The notes beneath the pieces are model-generated. The model did no database searches. It worked only from the letters and a program-made list of their open reading frames with translations, and was not told the origin of the DNA. A stretch of 62,532 nt of DNA, filler included, from Globobulimina sp. (taxonomy: Eukaryota): the NCBI GenBank assembly GCA_003354225.1. It is 35 parts of 35 records of this genome, joined end to end, with 100 filler letters (N's around TTAATTAATTAA, not from the genome) between each part and the next. Parts side by side here need not be neighbours in the genome. Positions count along the whole stretch, not along the records: positions 60,845 to 62,532 come from PIVH01013100.1; 34 more parts are not named here. One strand, written 5' to 3'. Positions 60,845-62,532 of this stretch are shown here, piece by piece (within the stretch, counting starts at the first letter, position 1; the number at the start of each line of letters is the position of its first letter). The translations under genes were made by a program, and so were the position numbers.

Positions 60845-62002
60845 GTTTTGTATTCTCCAAATTTATGGTATATTATCCAAATAATCAGTGATTTTGCTCA
60901 ATATTTATTATGGCTTTTCTACACTGCAATTATTACCAAATTAAAATTGGAACATAAGATTGAAAACTCTCGGACTAAAGTAATGAATTATATTTTCTTG
61001 CTGATGGCTATAATCTCTCTCTGTATAATGACGTATAAAATGTTAGCCAAAGATTTAGGTTTCGAGGCATTAAGAAATCACGGCGTTCCTCAATTGGGTT
61101 TTGTGCAAATTATATTGGAATCAACGCTGTTGTTGGAATTACTGAGTATTGTGGTTGAAAATTTATTGCATATTTACTGCACTTGCTTTCATCATTCATA
61201 CCATCCCATCAATGATGCGCCGGATATCAGCCATTTATTAGGACATAGAAGAATAATATCTACTTTTCTGCTGTTTGGCTCATCCCAAATTGCATTGGGC
61301 ACTGCTAAGGCATTGCAAAATGACGAAAGTAGAATATGTTCAAACTTTACAGTATTATCACACGACTCCCTTTCAGATTGCAGTGGGTATTTTGGGATTG
61401 CTCAGTTATGCATAAATATGATATGTTTTGCGAGCATATCATCGTTAGTTCCATGCAGATTTCATATATTAAGTTTAGAATTATTGGTGTTTCCATTTAT
61501 TATTTTCATATTGATGATGCTTTGTGAATTTATGTTTGCGTTGACCAGTGGAAATATATTTTATTTTATTCAGATATTCATTGATATTACGGGTTATGCT
61601 GTGTTATTTTGCCACGGATTATATGCTTTGAGATTTTTTATGTATATCAATGTGCATTCTTCATGGATTGGTTTAAAGCGAGGAATGGATGATAATATTA
61701 AATATATGGTTGGTGGAGTAAACAATGCATTTAATGTGAAATTGGTATTGCTATTTACGGGATTGGTGCTGTGTTTGCTAGCGGCGATTGTGACTTTGAT
61801 ATTGAATTTTTATACGGATGTCGCTAAAATTGAAACCAGCGCAAGTTATCTGGCTTATGTCAACAATCAAGGCCAGGAATATCAAGTGGGCGTTGAGCAG
61901 TGGATGTTTTTACAGATTGTATTTGAGAACACATTGATTGTTGAATATATTCGTTTATTGGCAAAGTCAATTGATATACATTATATAATACATAATGATT
62001 GA
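60845..62002 (+). CDS. Polytopic membrane protein of unknown function, 5' partial
   Basis: About 8-9 hydrophobic segments in a 384-aa ORF. Confidence 0.65.
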   Translation, partial: VLYSPNLWYIIQIISDFAQYLLWLFYTAIITKLKLEHKIENSRTKVMNYIFLLMAIISLCIMTYKMLAKDLGFEALRNHGVPQLGFVQIILESTLLLELLSIVVENLLHIYCTCFHHSYHPINDAPDISHLLGHRRIISTFLLFGSSQIALGTAKALQNDESRICSNFTVLSHDSLSDCSGYFGIAQLCINMICFASISSLVPCRFHILSLELLVFPFIIFILMMLCEFMFALTSGNIFYFIQIFIDITGYAVLFCHGLYALRFFMYINVHSSWIGLKRGMDDNIKYMVGGVNNAFNVKLVLLFTGLVLCLLAAIVTLILNFYTDVAKIETSASYLAYVNNQGQEYQVGVEQWMFLQIVFENTLIVEYIRLLAKSIDIHYIIHND

Positions 62003-62126
62003 ATTATATTATTAGTATAACTTATTACTAACTCCATAACTAATGTCCATTTTTGTTTCGTTTTTCATTTTTGTTTTTTTCAAAAGAAAATTGAGCCAAT
62101 ATTACCGAAGTTGTGTCATTATTATA

Positions 62127-62532
62127 ATGGGCGCATTAATCAACGGTTGCCAAAGCAAACAAAATGAACCGGAATGCAAAGAAGGATGGATAGTAAAGAC
62201 ATATCATAGACCAAAAACTAAAAAACGAGTTACGAAACCAGTAAAAAAAATGTTGCAAGTATTATTAATTAACGGTTTTGTTAGAGATTGTATGCTAAAT
62301 AATAAACATTTAAATATTAAAATTGAGCAAAGAATATTATTATTTATGGATATTGAAAGTTTAAACAATGATAAAATGGAATATTATTTGGATAAAATGA
62401 ATAAAATATTGTTTGTAAATGATGATGAAGGAGGAATTGAAAAAATGAGTGAAATTATAAATAATTTTATATGGCTTGGAAATGACACAGATTCACAGAA
62501 TATGAATAAATTAAAATATTTCAAGATAAGTC
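62127..62532 (+). CDS. Probable dual-specificity phosphatase, N-terminal part
   Basis: ORF MGALING.. open to the window end; ends MSEIINNFIWLGN..SQN..KLKYFKIS, like the start of a DSP domain. Confidence 0.55.
   Translation, partial: MGALINGCQSKQNEPECKEGWIVKTYHRPKTKKRVTKPVKKMLQVLLINGFVRDCMLNNKHLNIKIEQRILLFMDIESLNNDKMEYYLDKMNKILFVNDDEGGIEKMSEIINNFIWLGNDTDSQNMNKLKYFKIS

Noticed and set aside
1-62532. Gene neighbourhoods or operons spanning spacers (e.g. TatD, aminopeptidase, Polinton, dsRBD)
   Set aside because: Contigs are ordered by length, so adjacency is arbitrary

Overview
This window is not a contiguous locus. It is 35 unrelated short contigs (1688-1691 bp, sorted by decreasing length) joined by an artificial 100-bp spacer (N44-TTAATTAATTAA-N44), so neighbourhoods across spacers carry no meaning. 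Most contigs are AT-rich, gene-dense eukaryotic DNA with short GT-AG introns (about 40-210 bp) and the standard code. A Retaria-type divergent alpha-tubulin and several expanded-family-like genes point to a foraminiferan/rhizarian host (inference). Host genes include glutathione synthetase, DUF4419, CAP-Gly, GNAT, copine, AKR7-like reductase, Mpv17, aquaporin, TPS/TPP, TatD, M1 aminopeptidase, SDE2 and Josephin. Mobile elements include non-LTR, DIRS, Ty3/Gypsy, BEL/Pao, MULE and a MITE. A few contigs or segments look foreign (metazoan-like or bacterial-like), and some junctions look like amplification chimeras. The main highlight is a Polinton/Maverick (adintovirus-like) virion module of packaging ATPase, basic core protein and major capsid protein, in which the ATPase Walker A and the capsid ORF are restored only by removing short spliceosomal introns. 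Other highlights are a 181-bp MITE inserted at AAA|TTT with no target duplication (Spy-like), a DIRS RT with a SAM-like insert, a compact tRNA-like Pol III unit, and several unusual domain fusions. All assignments come from motif recognition by eye; no database search was run.
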